From NCBI GenBank assembly GCA_964511375.1, contig CAZEEW010000003.1, forward strand, positions 10,987-74,986: a stretch of 64,000 bases of DNA. Direction: 5' to 3'. Within the stretch, counting starts at the first letter, position 1. Every line of letters begins with the position of its first letter. The translations under genes were made by a program, and so were the position numbers. The notes under the pieces are model-generated. The model made no database searches and had not been told where the DNA came from. It worked only from the letters and a program-made list of their open reading frames with translations. This DNA comes from an uncultured Gammaproteobacteria bacterium. GTDB taxonomy: Bacteria > Patescibacteriota > Patescibacteriia > Magasanikbacterales > GWA2-37-8. Below are positions 55,611-64,000 of this stretch, piece after piece.

Positions 55611-56754
55611 TTTTTATAACTTTCTCAATCGTCTTAATTATCTTGTCGTGCACAAGATGCGGAGATACCAGCTTGGCTAACTTTCTAATCTCTTCTTTGG
55701 TCATTTTTACTTTTACAACTTTTTTTACGGCTGCAGAAACTTTTTCCGGATCAGCAAAAGAATCAATAACCATCCTCTTTAACCCGGCTTTAATAAGTAC
55801 TTCAGAGAAGCCAACGTTTTTAGAGACTAGAACTGGGGTGCCGTTAATTGCTGCTTCTGCTGCGACATTTGAAAAGGTTTCGAAATCTGAGGTGACAAGA
55901 AGCAAATCAATAGAGCGATAGAATTGTAGCAAATGATCGTGACTCATCGAATTAACCTTTTGAACAGTTTCTGGTATATCTACTGCGCTATCCCATCGCG
56001 AACTAACGATTATAGCATGATGAGGCCAGTCTTCTTCCAGTAGTTGATTATGTAGATTAATAAATGCCGTAAAATTTTTGATTGGTGTCCAACGTCCAAC
56101 TGCTGCTAAAATAACGCGGCCTTTTTTAGTTTCTATTACTGGTTTTGAATGGCAAACAGTGGCCGGGTTGGGAACGACGAGTGATTTTATTTTGGTATCC
56201 TGGAGTATCTCTTTTTCAACAATTCTCTTACAAACTGCTGACGGGTAGATAATAACTGAAGCAACCGAGGCTAACCACTTTTCGTACTTGAGAAGTTTTT
56301 TTCTAACGAAATATCCTTTGTGACTTACTTCTTTTTTCATAACTCCAGCGTACCGTAATACAATTGGGATACCTAATTCGCGGGCAGCTTGACCTATTAT
56401 CCAGGGCACAAAATATGTTCCGGTTATTAGCACAGCGTCGATAGATTCTTGGCGAAGAATTTTTTTGGTCTCTTCGATTAAAATATCCCACTTTTTTCTT
56501 AAATTACTAGCTCTTTCCCAGGAATATCTACTCATAACATCCATACCGTTAATAATGTGGTGACTAAAAAAAGTGGGCAGATATTTACGAAAAACTACTG
56601 CACCTAAAATATGCCGAGCGGTAATAACTTCGATACCTACTATTGATACATCCTTTTCTTGTAACCAATCAAACAAGGCTAGGTTAGAGATGGTAATACC
56701 ACCGAAAGCATCTCGGCTAACATTAGTAGCAATTTTCATTCTTTTAAACTCCAA
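55606..56754 (-). CDS. glycosyltransferase family 1 (GT4-type)
   Basis: GT-B fold with a C-terminal E-x7-E-like region (FETFSNVAAEAAINGTPVLVS). Confidence 0.7.
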   Translation of the reverse strand: MEFKRMKIATNVSRDAFGGITISNLALFDWLQEKDVSIVGIEVITARHILGAVVFRKYLPTFFSHHIINGMDVMSRYSWERASNLRKKWDILIEETKKILRQESIDAVLITGTYFVPWIIGQAARELGIPIVLRYAGVMKKEVSHKGYFVRKKLLKYEKWLASVASVIIYPSAVCKRIVEKEILQDTKIKSLVVPNPATVCHSKPVIETKKGRVILAAVGRWTPIKNFTAFINLHNQLLEEDWPHHAIIVSSRWDSAVDIPETVQKVNSMSHDHLLQFYRSIDLLLVTSDFETFSNVAAEAAINGTPVLVSKNVGFSEVLIKAGLKRMVIDSFADPEKVSAAVKKVVKVKMTKEEIRKLAKLVSPHLVHDKIIKTIEKVIKI

Positions 56755-57473
56755 TGAATTAAAGTGTTGCCAATATCTAGTACTATTTTGTTTTTATGCT
56801 TGGCAATTTCTGGCCCGATAATTTTCCCACCAGGTCCAGCACTAAAAAGAATAAGTTGACAAGAAGAGGCAATAGCAGCTGCGATGGCCTGTTTGTTATC
56901 ACTCCAGTTATTCTTTGGAAAACCTGAAAACTTTACTTTATTTTTACCGGTAAGTTCATAATTCTGTTTAAAGTTACTGATAATTTTTTTGTATTCTCGA
57001 TGCAGAATAAATACCCCTTCGCTATTAGTTAAAAGCCTTCTGATCATTTCCTTGTTCCAATCATTAACAAAGAAGTTGTCTATATAATGGGAACGGGGTT
57101 TAAAAAATTTATACAAATGATAATCGGTTCGCGAAATACCTGAAACCGACGGGGCAAAGTAAGTGGCTTTGTTACCAGCAGTAGTTATCAGTTGTTGCAG
57201 TTTTAAAGTATCAATGTCTTTTACTCCAAGCCGCTTATTCCAGTCTTCTTGTCCGTTAAATTTAGTAAATGGTTGGTGTTTATCGGCCGTTAAAATAGCA
57301 AGTTCGCCATCGCCCATTCTGACAATAGACAAACTCTTTTTTCTGGTTAGAGCATCGCCCACGATGGCGTAAACGGCTCGAGGACTAATGGTTTTAAGGC
57401 AAACTTGTTTTTCTGTAGTACTTAGACTTTTGACAGACCAAAACATAGAGCACGAAATAAATTTCAAAAACAA
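56736..57473 (-). CDS. GT-D type glycosyltransferase (DUF1792-like)
   Basis: VRMGDGE and FSAGPGGK / LDIGN motifs. Start may be the internal ATG at 57446. Confidence 0.5.
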   Translation of the reverse strand: MFLKFISCSMFWSVKSLSTTEKQVCLKTISPRAVYAIVGDALTRKKSLSIVRMGDGELAILTADKHQPFTKFNGQEDWNKRLGVKDIDTLKLQQLITTAGNKATYFAPSVSGISRTDYHLYKFFKPRSHYIDNFFVNDWNKEMIRRLLTNSEGVFILHREYKKIISNFKQNYELTGKNKVKFSGFPKNNWSDNKQAIAAAIASSCQLILFSAGPGGKIIGPEIAKHKNKIVLDIGNTLIHWSLKE

Positions 57474-57604
57474 AATATCATTCCATTCGAAGAAATTATA
57501 TCATAAAAAATTAATTTTGTAACCAGTTTTGTTTGACCAAACCAGAATAGTATGTTATCTGTTTAATATGAGTATGCAATTGTTTACTTTGAACGCCTGG
57601 TGGA

Positions 57605-57631
57605 CTGCCTAAGAGATAGGCAGATTTTTTG
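57605..57631 (+). terminator. orphan + strand intrinsic terminator hairpin
   Basis: ctgcct-aagagat-aggcag plus T6. No annotated + strand gene upstream. Confidence 0.4.
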
Positions 57632-57833
57632 TTGTGAAAGCAGTTTACCACAATTATTCTCGTTTTAGCTGGCGTAGGTTCGCTTGTTTACTTTTATATT
57701 TTTAAAATTATTAATAACATATGGCAAATCAAATTAATAACAACATCCAACCTCAAAAATTAAATGGCTATTTCGGGGAATATGGGGCCAGCTAGTGCCA
57801 GATTTTAAAAAAGTTAAGGATCTAGACCAAAAC

Positions 57834-57858
57834 AAAATACCACCAAACGGTGGTATTT
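57834..57858. terminator. terminator 3' of tRNA-Gln
   Basis: aaaataccacc-aaac-ggtggtatttt. Confidence 0.55.
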
Positions 57859-57862
57859 TGTT

Positions 57863-57936
57863 TGGCTCGGAGACTTGGATTCGAACCAAGATAAACGGAT
57901 TCAGAGTCCGTTGTCCTACCATTAGACGATCTCCGA
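57863..57936 (-). tRNA. tRNA-Gln(CTG), encoded CCA
   Basis: Acceptor TCGGAGA/TCTCCGA (U1-A72). Anticodon stem ACGGA/TCCGT with loop CTCTGAA. T-arm CTTGG-TTCGAAT-CCAAG. Confidence 0.85.
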
Positions 57937-57949
57937 ATTGGAGTTTCAA

Positions 57950-58888
57950 CTAGCTTCGAATGTCTTCTCCTTTGGGTAAGGCATTAAGCCAATCACGCTC
58001 AACTTCTTTTACACTCGACCAGCTCCAGCCGTGTTGTTTTACGAACTTAGGATGAGAAATGTAATGGGATTTTCCGTCTTTGACGAGGAAAAGCCCGTTT
58101 GTGCCTTTTACTTTAACCAATTGTTCTTTGGTTTTAGTGAAAAGTGCGCGTGGCGGGTCGGTAACTCGGCGTGTTTGGTGGTTGAAATCACCCAAAGATT
58201 TTCGGATTATATCATAACTATACCGGTAGTCAAGGCCGGTATCGTGGTCGCCAGTGTCGTTAACAATGAACTCTTCTTTGTCGTCATCATAGCCAACAAT
58301 CACAAACATATGGTAATAAGTACCACCGACCCGGAAGTTAATATTAGGATTATTTAAGTAATATCCATATATTGGCAAAATTACCGGCCGACCGGCTCTT
58401 AATTCTTCTTTAATTTGTTCAAAAGTTGGTTCATCTACAACTCGTGAGCTAAAAGACATGTAATCGTTAATTAGCCGGTTGGTGCGTGCTGCACTAGTGT
58501 CGGCGTTGCTGCCGTAGATCTTATTTTCGATGTCAAAAAGACGTTGCATCTCTTTTGCAGCCTTGGCCTTAGTTAGATCTTTACTTCCTAAATAATATTC
58601 ATTAACCATCACAACCGAGGCTTCCTCACAGGCATTTTTCCATGGCCCAACCCAAGCACCGTTGGGAATCTCCGAGGTAAACGGTACGTCCAGGTTAACA
58701 TATTTGGCTGGTGTCTGTGTCTCGGCGTCGTTTTTGTTTTTCTCCAGCAAGACCACCTCAGACTCCTTAACCGTGCTGGTAGAGGAACTTTGTGTCATTT
58801 CTTTTGTTTCGGTATTTTTTTGCTTGGCCCAAACAACGAGTACAGGTAGTAGGACAAGGATCAAGACAAAGATAAATATTTTTTTCAT
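57950..58888 (-). CDS. secreted papain-like cysteine peptidase, C39-like (Peptidase_C39_2-type)
   Basis: Signal peptide. Cys motif WKNACEEASVVMV and His motif YHMFVIVGYDD. Trimmed to ATG 58888. Confidence 0.5.
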   Translation of the reverse strand: MKKIFIFVLILVLLPVLVVWAKQKNTETKEMTQSSSTSTVKESEVVLLEKNKNDAETQTPAKYVNLDVPFTSEIPNGAWVGPWKNACEEASVVMVNEYYLGSKDLTKAKAAKEMQRLFDIENKIYGSNADTSAARTNRLINDYMSFSSRVVDEPTFEQIKEELRAGRPVILPIYGYYLNNPNINFRVGGTYYHMFVIVGYDDDKEEFIVNDTGDHDTGLDYRYSYDIIRKSLGDFNHQTRRVTDPPRALFTKTKEQLVKVKGTNGLFLVKDGKSHYISHPKFVKQHGWSWSSVKEVERDWLNALPKGEDIRS

Positions 58889-58936
58889 ATGCTTTAATTT
58901 AAAAGGATAGATTGCTCTATCCCTTTCCACCTGGCT

Positions 58937-60562
58937 TTACTTTACTACTTCGCCACCAAAGTCAGCTGCCAGGTTATGTATATCTTCTGGTTTAGTTTCG
59001 GATTGAGATTGCTCTTCTCGGAGCTCACAAACCAGAATGACATTTTCATTTAAAATTTGGGATAAAGCCTCTTCAACAATTTTTTTATTTTTCTTCTCTT
59101 CTATTTTTTCTTTATGGAAAGAATAGGGGAAAGAGATGTGCAAACCATACTCTGAGGTTTTTTCCAAAGTCGACATTTTTAGTACGAAGGTTAGGGAGTG
59201 ATTAGTTTCGGAGATTTTATCAATCGCTTTTGGCCACACACCTCGTATTTGTTCAATACCGCTTTGGAGAGGATGTTTGTGCGTAATGGAAGAAATAGCA
59301 GTTTTTAAAGTATTTTTTAAACCGCTTTTTTCCTTATTTTCCTCGGCTAACTCGGTTATAGGAATGGCTGACAAGTCATCTTTCGTTGAATTAAACTTTG
59401 TTGCAGGTATTGTAGCATCTTCGTTTGATCCGCCAAGCGGAGGGGGTTGTGGCGGCTCAGGCTTATTATTTATTTTTTCCAAATTAAAATCAATAGCAAG
59501 AATTTCCAAAGGCAGCGAAGGAATTGGTGAAGACTTGATCTGTTGTCGGGCTTCAATCATAGCGTTAGTAAGGCGGCTGTAAAATTCGCTAGATTTGGCC
59601 TGTGATAAAGCGGTTAATTCCTTTAGGGTTTCATTGCTGTAGGTGGCTCGGTCAACAAGTTTGACATCTACTTGTAACAACAATAAATGACGTAAGACCT
59701 CCAGACAGTCTAATGCCAATTGTTCAAAGTTAGCTCCGTTATCGTTTAGGGATTGTAAGGTTTGTAAAGATTTGTTTGGTTTGCTTTCAATGATACCGGA
59801 TAAATACTTAATGACAGCATCAATATTTGATGGCGGCAGTATGGCACTGGCGTTTTCGGCGGTAATTTTTTTCTCGTTAATGGAAAATACTTGGCCGAGT
59901 AAACTCTCGGCGTCCCTTAAACAGCCCTCGCTTTTGCCGACGATCCTTTCTAATACTTCTTTTGCTATTTTAATATCTTCCGCCTTGGCAATTTCTTCTA
60001 GCCGTTTAAACATTTCTTCGTAGCCAACTTTTTTAAAGTTAAATCTTTGGCAACGAGATAAAATTGTCGCCGGAAGTTTGTGCATCTCGGTTGTGGCGAG
60101 AATAAATACAACGTGCGCTGGAGGCTCTTCGATCGTTTTAAGTAGTGCGTTAAAAGCGCTGGTAGATAGCATGTGCACCTCGTCAATAATAAAGACCTTA
60201 AAAGGGGAGCGAGTTGGTTTAAATTGAGCGTTTTCAATAATATTCTCGCGGACATTATCTACACCAGTGTGCGAGGCGGCATCAATTTCAATTACATCAA
60301 TACTACGCCCAGCGCTAGTTTCTATACAGCTTTGGCATTTATCACACGGTTCAAATTCTCCAGGCTTCCGATTTTCGCAATTAACCGCTTTAGCTAAAAG
60401 ACGGGCGATCGTAGTTTTACCGACGCCGCGTGGACCAGAAAATAAATAAGCATGCGCGACTTTTTTAGTCGCGATTTGGTTTTGGATGGTGGTAGTAATA
60501 GCCTCCTGACCGGTCACTTCCGCGAAGGTCTGCGGCCGGTATTTTCGGTAAAGAGTTGTCAT
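58937..60562 (-). CDS. dnaX: DNA polymerase III subunit gamma/tau
   Basis: GPRGVGKTT Walker A, the DEVHML region and SRC-type zinc module residues. Confidence 0.9.
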   Translation of the reverse strand: MTTLYRKYRPQTFAEVTGQEAITTTIQNQIATKKVAHAYLFSGPRGVGKTTIARLLAKAVNCENRKPGEFEPCDKCQSCIETSAGRSIDVIEIDAASHTGVDNVRENIIENAQFKPTRSPFKVFIIDEVHMLSTSAFNALLKTIEEPPAHVVFILATTEMHKLPATILSRCQRFNFKKVGYEEMFKRLEEIAKAEDIKIAKEVLERIVGKSEGCLRDAESLLGQVFSINEKKITAENASAILPPSNIDAVIKYLSGIIESKPNKSLQTLQSLNDNGANFEQLALDCLEVLRHLLLLQVDVKLVDRATYSNETLKELTALSQAKSSEFYSRLTNAMIEARQQIKSSPIPSLPLEILAIDFNLEKINNKPEPPQPPPLGGSNEDATIPATKFNSTKDDLSAIPITELAEENKEKSGLKNTLKTAISSITHKHPLQSGIEQIRGVWPKAIDKISETNHSLTFVLKMSTLEKTSEYGLHISFPYSFHKEKIEEKKNKKIVEEALSQILNENVILVCELREEQSQSETKPEDIHNLAADFGGEVVK

Positions 60563-60574
60563 AGTCTAATCATT

Positions 60575-63133
60575 TTACATTGAGGCTTCGGTTAAATCAA
60601 GAGTCTCAGTTTTCGAGTCGCCAAGCTTGGCTCGTTCCATAATTTCTGCTTCCACAATCTCACGTGGACGACCATATTTTAAACGAGAGAGTTCTTTAAT
60701 GGCGGCGGCTAATTCTTTATTGCCGGGCTTTGGCGGGTAGGTCATCATGTTAAAAGGTTTAGCTGCCGTATTGTCGATTAGAAGTTTAGTATAAGCGGTA
60801 TATTGCTCAACGTTCATAAGGTCGTAAGCTGAGAAAACTGGAGCATATTCTTTGGCCAGTATTTCAGCATCTTCGACACCAATGCGGAAAGTAACTAAAG
60901 TACCAGCGTTACCAAGCACAGCATCGCGTACGGTATTCTTGCCTTTATTGTCTACTAACTGATTCAAATACTGATGAGCGATAATTAACTCTAAACGGTA
61001 TTTACGAGCTTCAGACAAAATGGTTGCAATCGAGTCAGTAATGAAGTTCTGGAACTCGTCAATGTACAAGAAAAAGTCATGACGCTGGTCTTCGGGTAGA
61101 GAAGCGCGTTCAAGAGCAGTCATTTGCAATTTGGATACGATAATCAAACCTAAAAGGTTAGAGTTAATCTCACCAACCAAACCTTTGGCCAGGTTTACTA
61201 GGAGAATTTTTTTCTTATCCATTATTTCCCGGAAGTTGAAGCCAGAGCGAGACTGACCAATGATATTTCTAATCATTTGGTTTTCCACAAAACGTCCCAC
61301 TTTGGAAATTAAATAACCTAACATTTCGGATTTATGGAAATCAGAAGTTTTGGCCATTTCTTTGTTCCAGAAGGCTAAGACCATTGGATCGTTTAACTTT
61401 GCTTTCCATTCTTCAACATATTCTTCATCCGTAAACATGCGAGGAATTTCCGCAATAGTACCAGGGTTTTCCATGTCGGCCATGAGTGTCAACATGACGT
61501 TTCTCATTTGATGCTCAAACATTGGACCAATCATGGAAGGGTCAGTAACTAATTTGTAGAATATGGAAACCATTTCCTGACAAACAAAGTCTTTTTGTTC
61601 CTCGGTTTTCGCTTCTAACATGTTTAAACCAATCGGTCGTTCAATGTCCGCAGGACTGAAGTAAATTACGTCATCCGCACGCTCTTTGGGCACGTGTTGT
61701 AAAACATATTCTACAAAATCTCCATGTGGATCAATAACACAAACACCTTCACCGTTAATAACATCCTGGACAGCTAGATTTTGGATAAAAACAGATTTAC
61801 CACTACCAGATTTACCGATGGTATATAAGTGACGTCGACGGTCGGCTCGCTTCATGCGGACGATAGACTCTTCACCGCGATAAACCGATCTACCAAGTAT
61901 GATACCTTCTTTCGGCATATTAATCGGTGGGGGAGCCTTGCGTGCACCCAGCCAGTTAATATGTGGAGTTTCCGTGGTGGGGATTGGCATGTGCCAGAAA
62001 CTCGACATTTCTTCTGTATTTGCGACCATTTCGTATTTTTCATGGAAGGATCGATAAATTGAATCCTGTATAATCTTTTTTTGGTTGCGTGGGAGTGCGG
62101 CACCAAAAGAATTACCGTAACGGTAAATATTATATTGACTGAACGAATTGATCATGTTTTCGAGGTTCAGCTGAGCTTTCTCTTTGGATGGTCCAGAACT
62201 AATCAAACGAATGGTCATTTCTAAACCACCATGACTAATTTTTTCTTCCATTCCTTTAACCATCTCTTCTTCCATTTGAGTTAGGTGGTATTGTTGTGAT
62301 ACTGAATCTTGACGGGTCGGGTCAGCCTTTTTGGGGAATACTACCTTTTTCCATTTTAAAAGGCTCCGCATGAATGAACTACGTTTAGCCACGTATTCAA
62401 ATTTTTGTCCTTCTTTTATATCTCTGATCATTTGTACGCCCTGACGTCGCCACTTTGGACCAGCTGGGCGAACAACGTATTGGATTAATGCCCCCTCACT
62501 ATCTAAGATCTTACTTAAGGGGTTGAGCAGCGCGACGAGCGGATCCGTGTCCATCTTTTTATAACTCTTAAATGGAAAGGCGGAGCGGAATTTAAACCAT
62601 AAATAAGCCCCAACAATGTGGCACTCTGGTTGAAAGATGTTATAATCCGGTTCTTCGCTTATCTCAGCATGGGGGTATTGGGCGTGGATTTGTTGCTCCA
62701 GGAAATCGCGGTATTTGTCTGGTACGGCGAGGTAAAAAGAAATCTTACTATCCTTTACAACAATCTCAAAAGAGAAATTATCTCTTCGTCCAGTAAACCA
62801 TTTCACCAGGCCCTTTTCGCGTTTTAAACCAGAAATCGAAGAAAAAATTGTATCCGCAATCGCAATGCGTTCGCGGATTTGGTTAATATTTTCCTCTTGG
62901 TTGGAGTTTTGTTGTCCTTCGTTTTTTCTTTCTTTTGGAACACGTATTAAAAGAATTGTTTTATGAAATGCCTTACCCTCCTTACCCAAAAGATGAAAGA
63001 AGGAACGGAGAATATAGAGGAGGGAAATGAAGGCAAAGAAACCGATTATCCCCATTAATAGATAAAACAACTCCGGTGTTTGGAGGATATAGTCGACCGC
63101 ACTCTTTAGATAAAAGAGATATTCGTTTTCCAT
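60575..63133 (-). CDS. VirB4/TraC/HerA-like P-loop ATPase (DUF87-type) with N-terminal TM segment
   Basis: Walker A GKSGSGKS and Walker B FFLYIDEFQNF. 852 aa. The N-terminal TM plus domain is paralogous to 45126-46541. Confidence 0.55.
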   Translation of the reverse strand: MENEYLFYLKSAVDYILQTPELFYLLMGIIGFFAFISLLYILRSFFHLLGKEGKAFHKTILLIRVPKERKNEGQQNSNQEENINQIRERIAIADTIFSSISGLKREKGLVKWFTGRRDNFSFEIVVKDSKISFYLAVPDKYRDFLEQQIHAQYPHAEISEEPDYNIFQPECHIVGAYLWFKFRSAFPFKSYKKMDTDPLVALLNPLSKILDSEGALIQYVVRPAGPKWRRQGVQMIRDIKEGQKFEYVAKRSSFMRSLLKWKKVVFPKKADPTRQDSVSQQYHLTQMEEEMVKGMEEKISHGGLEMTIRLISSGPSKEKAQLNLENMINSFSQYNIYRYGNSFGAALPRNQKKIIQDSIYRSFHEKYEMVANTEEMSSFWHMPIPTTETPHINWLGARKAPPPINMPKEGIILGRSVYRGEESIVRMKRADRRRHLYTIGKSGSGKSVFIQNLAVQDVINGEGVCVIDPHGDFVEYVLQHVPKERADDVIYFSPADIERPIGLNMLEAKTEEQKDFVCQEMVSIFYKLVTDPSMIGPMFEHQMRNVMLTLMADMENPGTIAEIPRMFTDEEYVEEWKAKLNDPMVLAFWNKEMAKTSDFHKSEMLGYLISKVGRFVENQMIRNIIGQSRSGFNFREIMDKKKILLVNLAKGLVGEINSNLLGLIIVSKLQMTALERASLPEDQRHDFFLYIDEFQNFITDSIATILSEARKYRLELIIAHQYLNQLVDNKGKNTVRDAVLGNAGTLVTFRIGVEDAEILAKEYAPVFSAYDLMNVEQYTAYTKLLIDNTAAKPFNMMTYPPKPGNKELAAAIKELSRLKYGRPREIVEAEIMERAKLGDSKTETLDLTEASM

Positions 63134-63634
63134 TTAAAGTTTAATAATACCTTCCTCAGTTTTTTTGAGATTTAATATGCGATCCGTTTTAATCTTTGCT
63201 TCTTGTTCTAAGAAAAAACGATTAACCCCAGGTAAGAGTTTGAGCCATTGCAAAATCAAGGCAAAAACCTTTTTCGCTTTCACTTTTGTCCCCTTCATTA
63301 AGGCTCGTATCTTCTTAGCTGTTTCTTCCCCCTTAATTTTAAATTCTTGTTTGGCAACTGGAGACAAACGTGAAAAAGCATCGCCCAATCCTTCTTCCAT
63401 TATCTTTTCAATTTTAACAGTTACCTCATCCCGAACTTGAGGAATAGTAGTGGGTTTTCGACGTAAAGTCGGGCCAAATTTTGACACCTCAGGGGTACGA
63501 TTGGCAGTTTCAGTTTTTTGGCCTTCCGGTTTATTCGGAGCTGCTTCACGAGGGGCAACTTTTTCAACCTGAGATTCTGGTGCCCGGGGTAATTCAGCAG
63601 AGATTTTCTTTTCGGTAATATTATTAGTTGACAT
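63134..63634 (-). CDS. hypothetical basic/Pro-rich protein immediately upstream of the ATPase (stop abuts ATPase start)
   Basis: 166 aa. P/E/K-rich N-terminus and a helical C-terminus. Confidence 0.4.
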   Translation of the reverse strand: MSTNNITEKKISAELPRAPESQVEKVAPREAAPNKPEGQKTETANRTPEVSKFGPTLRRKPTTIPQVRDEVTVKIEKIMEEGLGDAFSRLSPVAKQEFKIKGEETAKKIRALMKGTKVKAKKVFALILQWLKLLPGVNRFFLEQEAKIKTDRILNLKKTEEGIIKL

Positions 63635-63682
63635 AACAACTAAATTATATCACAAGAGAGTGATATTAACAATTTTTATTAC

Positions 63683-64000
63683 TTACGAAAGCTTCTTTTT
63701 AACTTCAGTGCCCTTAGGCCCGTCTTGAACGATGTAGCCCTGGGCTTCTATTTTTTTTCGCAGGTCGTCGCTCCTGTCCCAATCTTTATTAGCCCTTGCT
63801 TTATCGCGCTCCTCAATGAGTAAAGCGATTGTTGTTGGTAAGACAATTTCCTCCTCTTCCTTTTCGAGTGCTTCTTTAATTCTTAAACCAAAAATTTTAT
63901 CAAAGTCAAGTAATAGTTTTAAGCGATCTAGCTTGCTTAATGATTTATCCTCAAGCATGTCCCAAGTAAGGGCAATAGCATTCGGGGTGTCTAAATCGTC
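63683..64000 (-). CDS. cysS: cysteinyl-tRNA synthetase, C-terminal fragment (gene continues beyond window end)
   Basis: The C-terminal DALR/anticodon-binding tail ...RDKARANKDWDRSDDLRKKIEAQGYIVQDGPKGTEVK matches CysRS. The frame is open to nt 64000. Confidence 0.6.
   Translation of the reverse strand, partial: DDLDTPNAIALTWDMLEDKSLSKLDRLKLLLDFDKIFGLRIKEALEKEEEEIVLPTTIALLIEERDKARANKDWDRSDDLRKKIEAQGYIVQDGPKGTEVKKKLS

Noticed and set aside
57734-57949. 71-aa ORF overlapping tRNA-Gln
   Set aside because: It is embedded in a clear tRNA and its terminator. Spurious.
1-64000. CRISPR arrays, transposases, integrases, rRNA genes
   Set aside because: No regularly spaced direct repeats, no DDE/tyrosine-recombinase-like ORFs and no rRNA-like conserved blocks were found anywhere in the window.

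Overview
The window is a low-GC (about 38-42%) chromosomal segment dense with housekeeping genes. The gene content points to a small-genome, CPR/Patescibacteria-like bacterium: single-chain glyQS, truncated TsaB, DUF4012, many cell-envelope glycosyltransferases, and almost no Shine-Dalgarno sequences on native genes. That assignment is inference from composition and gene content.

Recognisable genes include rplJ-rplL, mreB, holB, frr, glyQS, tpiA, rpmG, a DEAD-box helicase, an ABC transporter pair, a U32 peptidase, an M13 peptidase, msrB, secA, a secD(with inserted parvulin domains)-secF pair, dus, folD, dnaX and a cysS 3' fragment. There are five tRNAs: Tyr, Thr(TGT), Thr(GGT) and Trp on the + strand and Gln on the - strand.

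The most unusual feature is a set of four short intergenic GC-rich islets of 350-470 bp (near 17.5 kb, 32.3 kb, 46.8 kb and 54.8 kb). Each carries one tiny ORF of 49-72 aa with extreme GC3 codon usage and a strong G-rich RBS, flanked by elaborate hairpins.

Other candidates for accessory or novel biology:
- an overlapping holin-like/amidase/holin-like lysis cassette behind a large NTase-domain protein at the 5' edge;
- a 1029-aa HExxH plus repeat protein;
- dispersed type-IV-secretion-like parts: a VirB4/HerA-like ATPase, a paralogous ATPase-less N-domain protein preceded by a VirB3-like mini-protein, and a VirB2-like pilin-topology protein;
- a T-box-like leader before glyQS;
- perfect palindromic operator candidates.

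No CRISPR array, transposase or integrase was seen.
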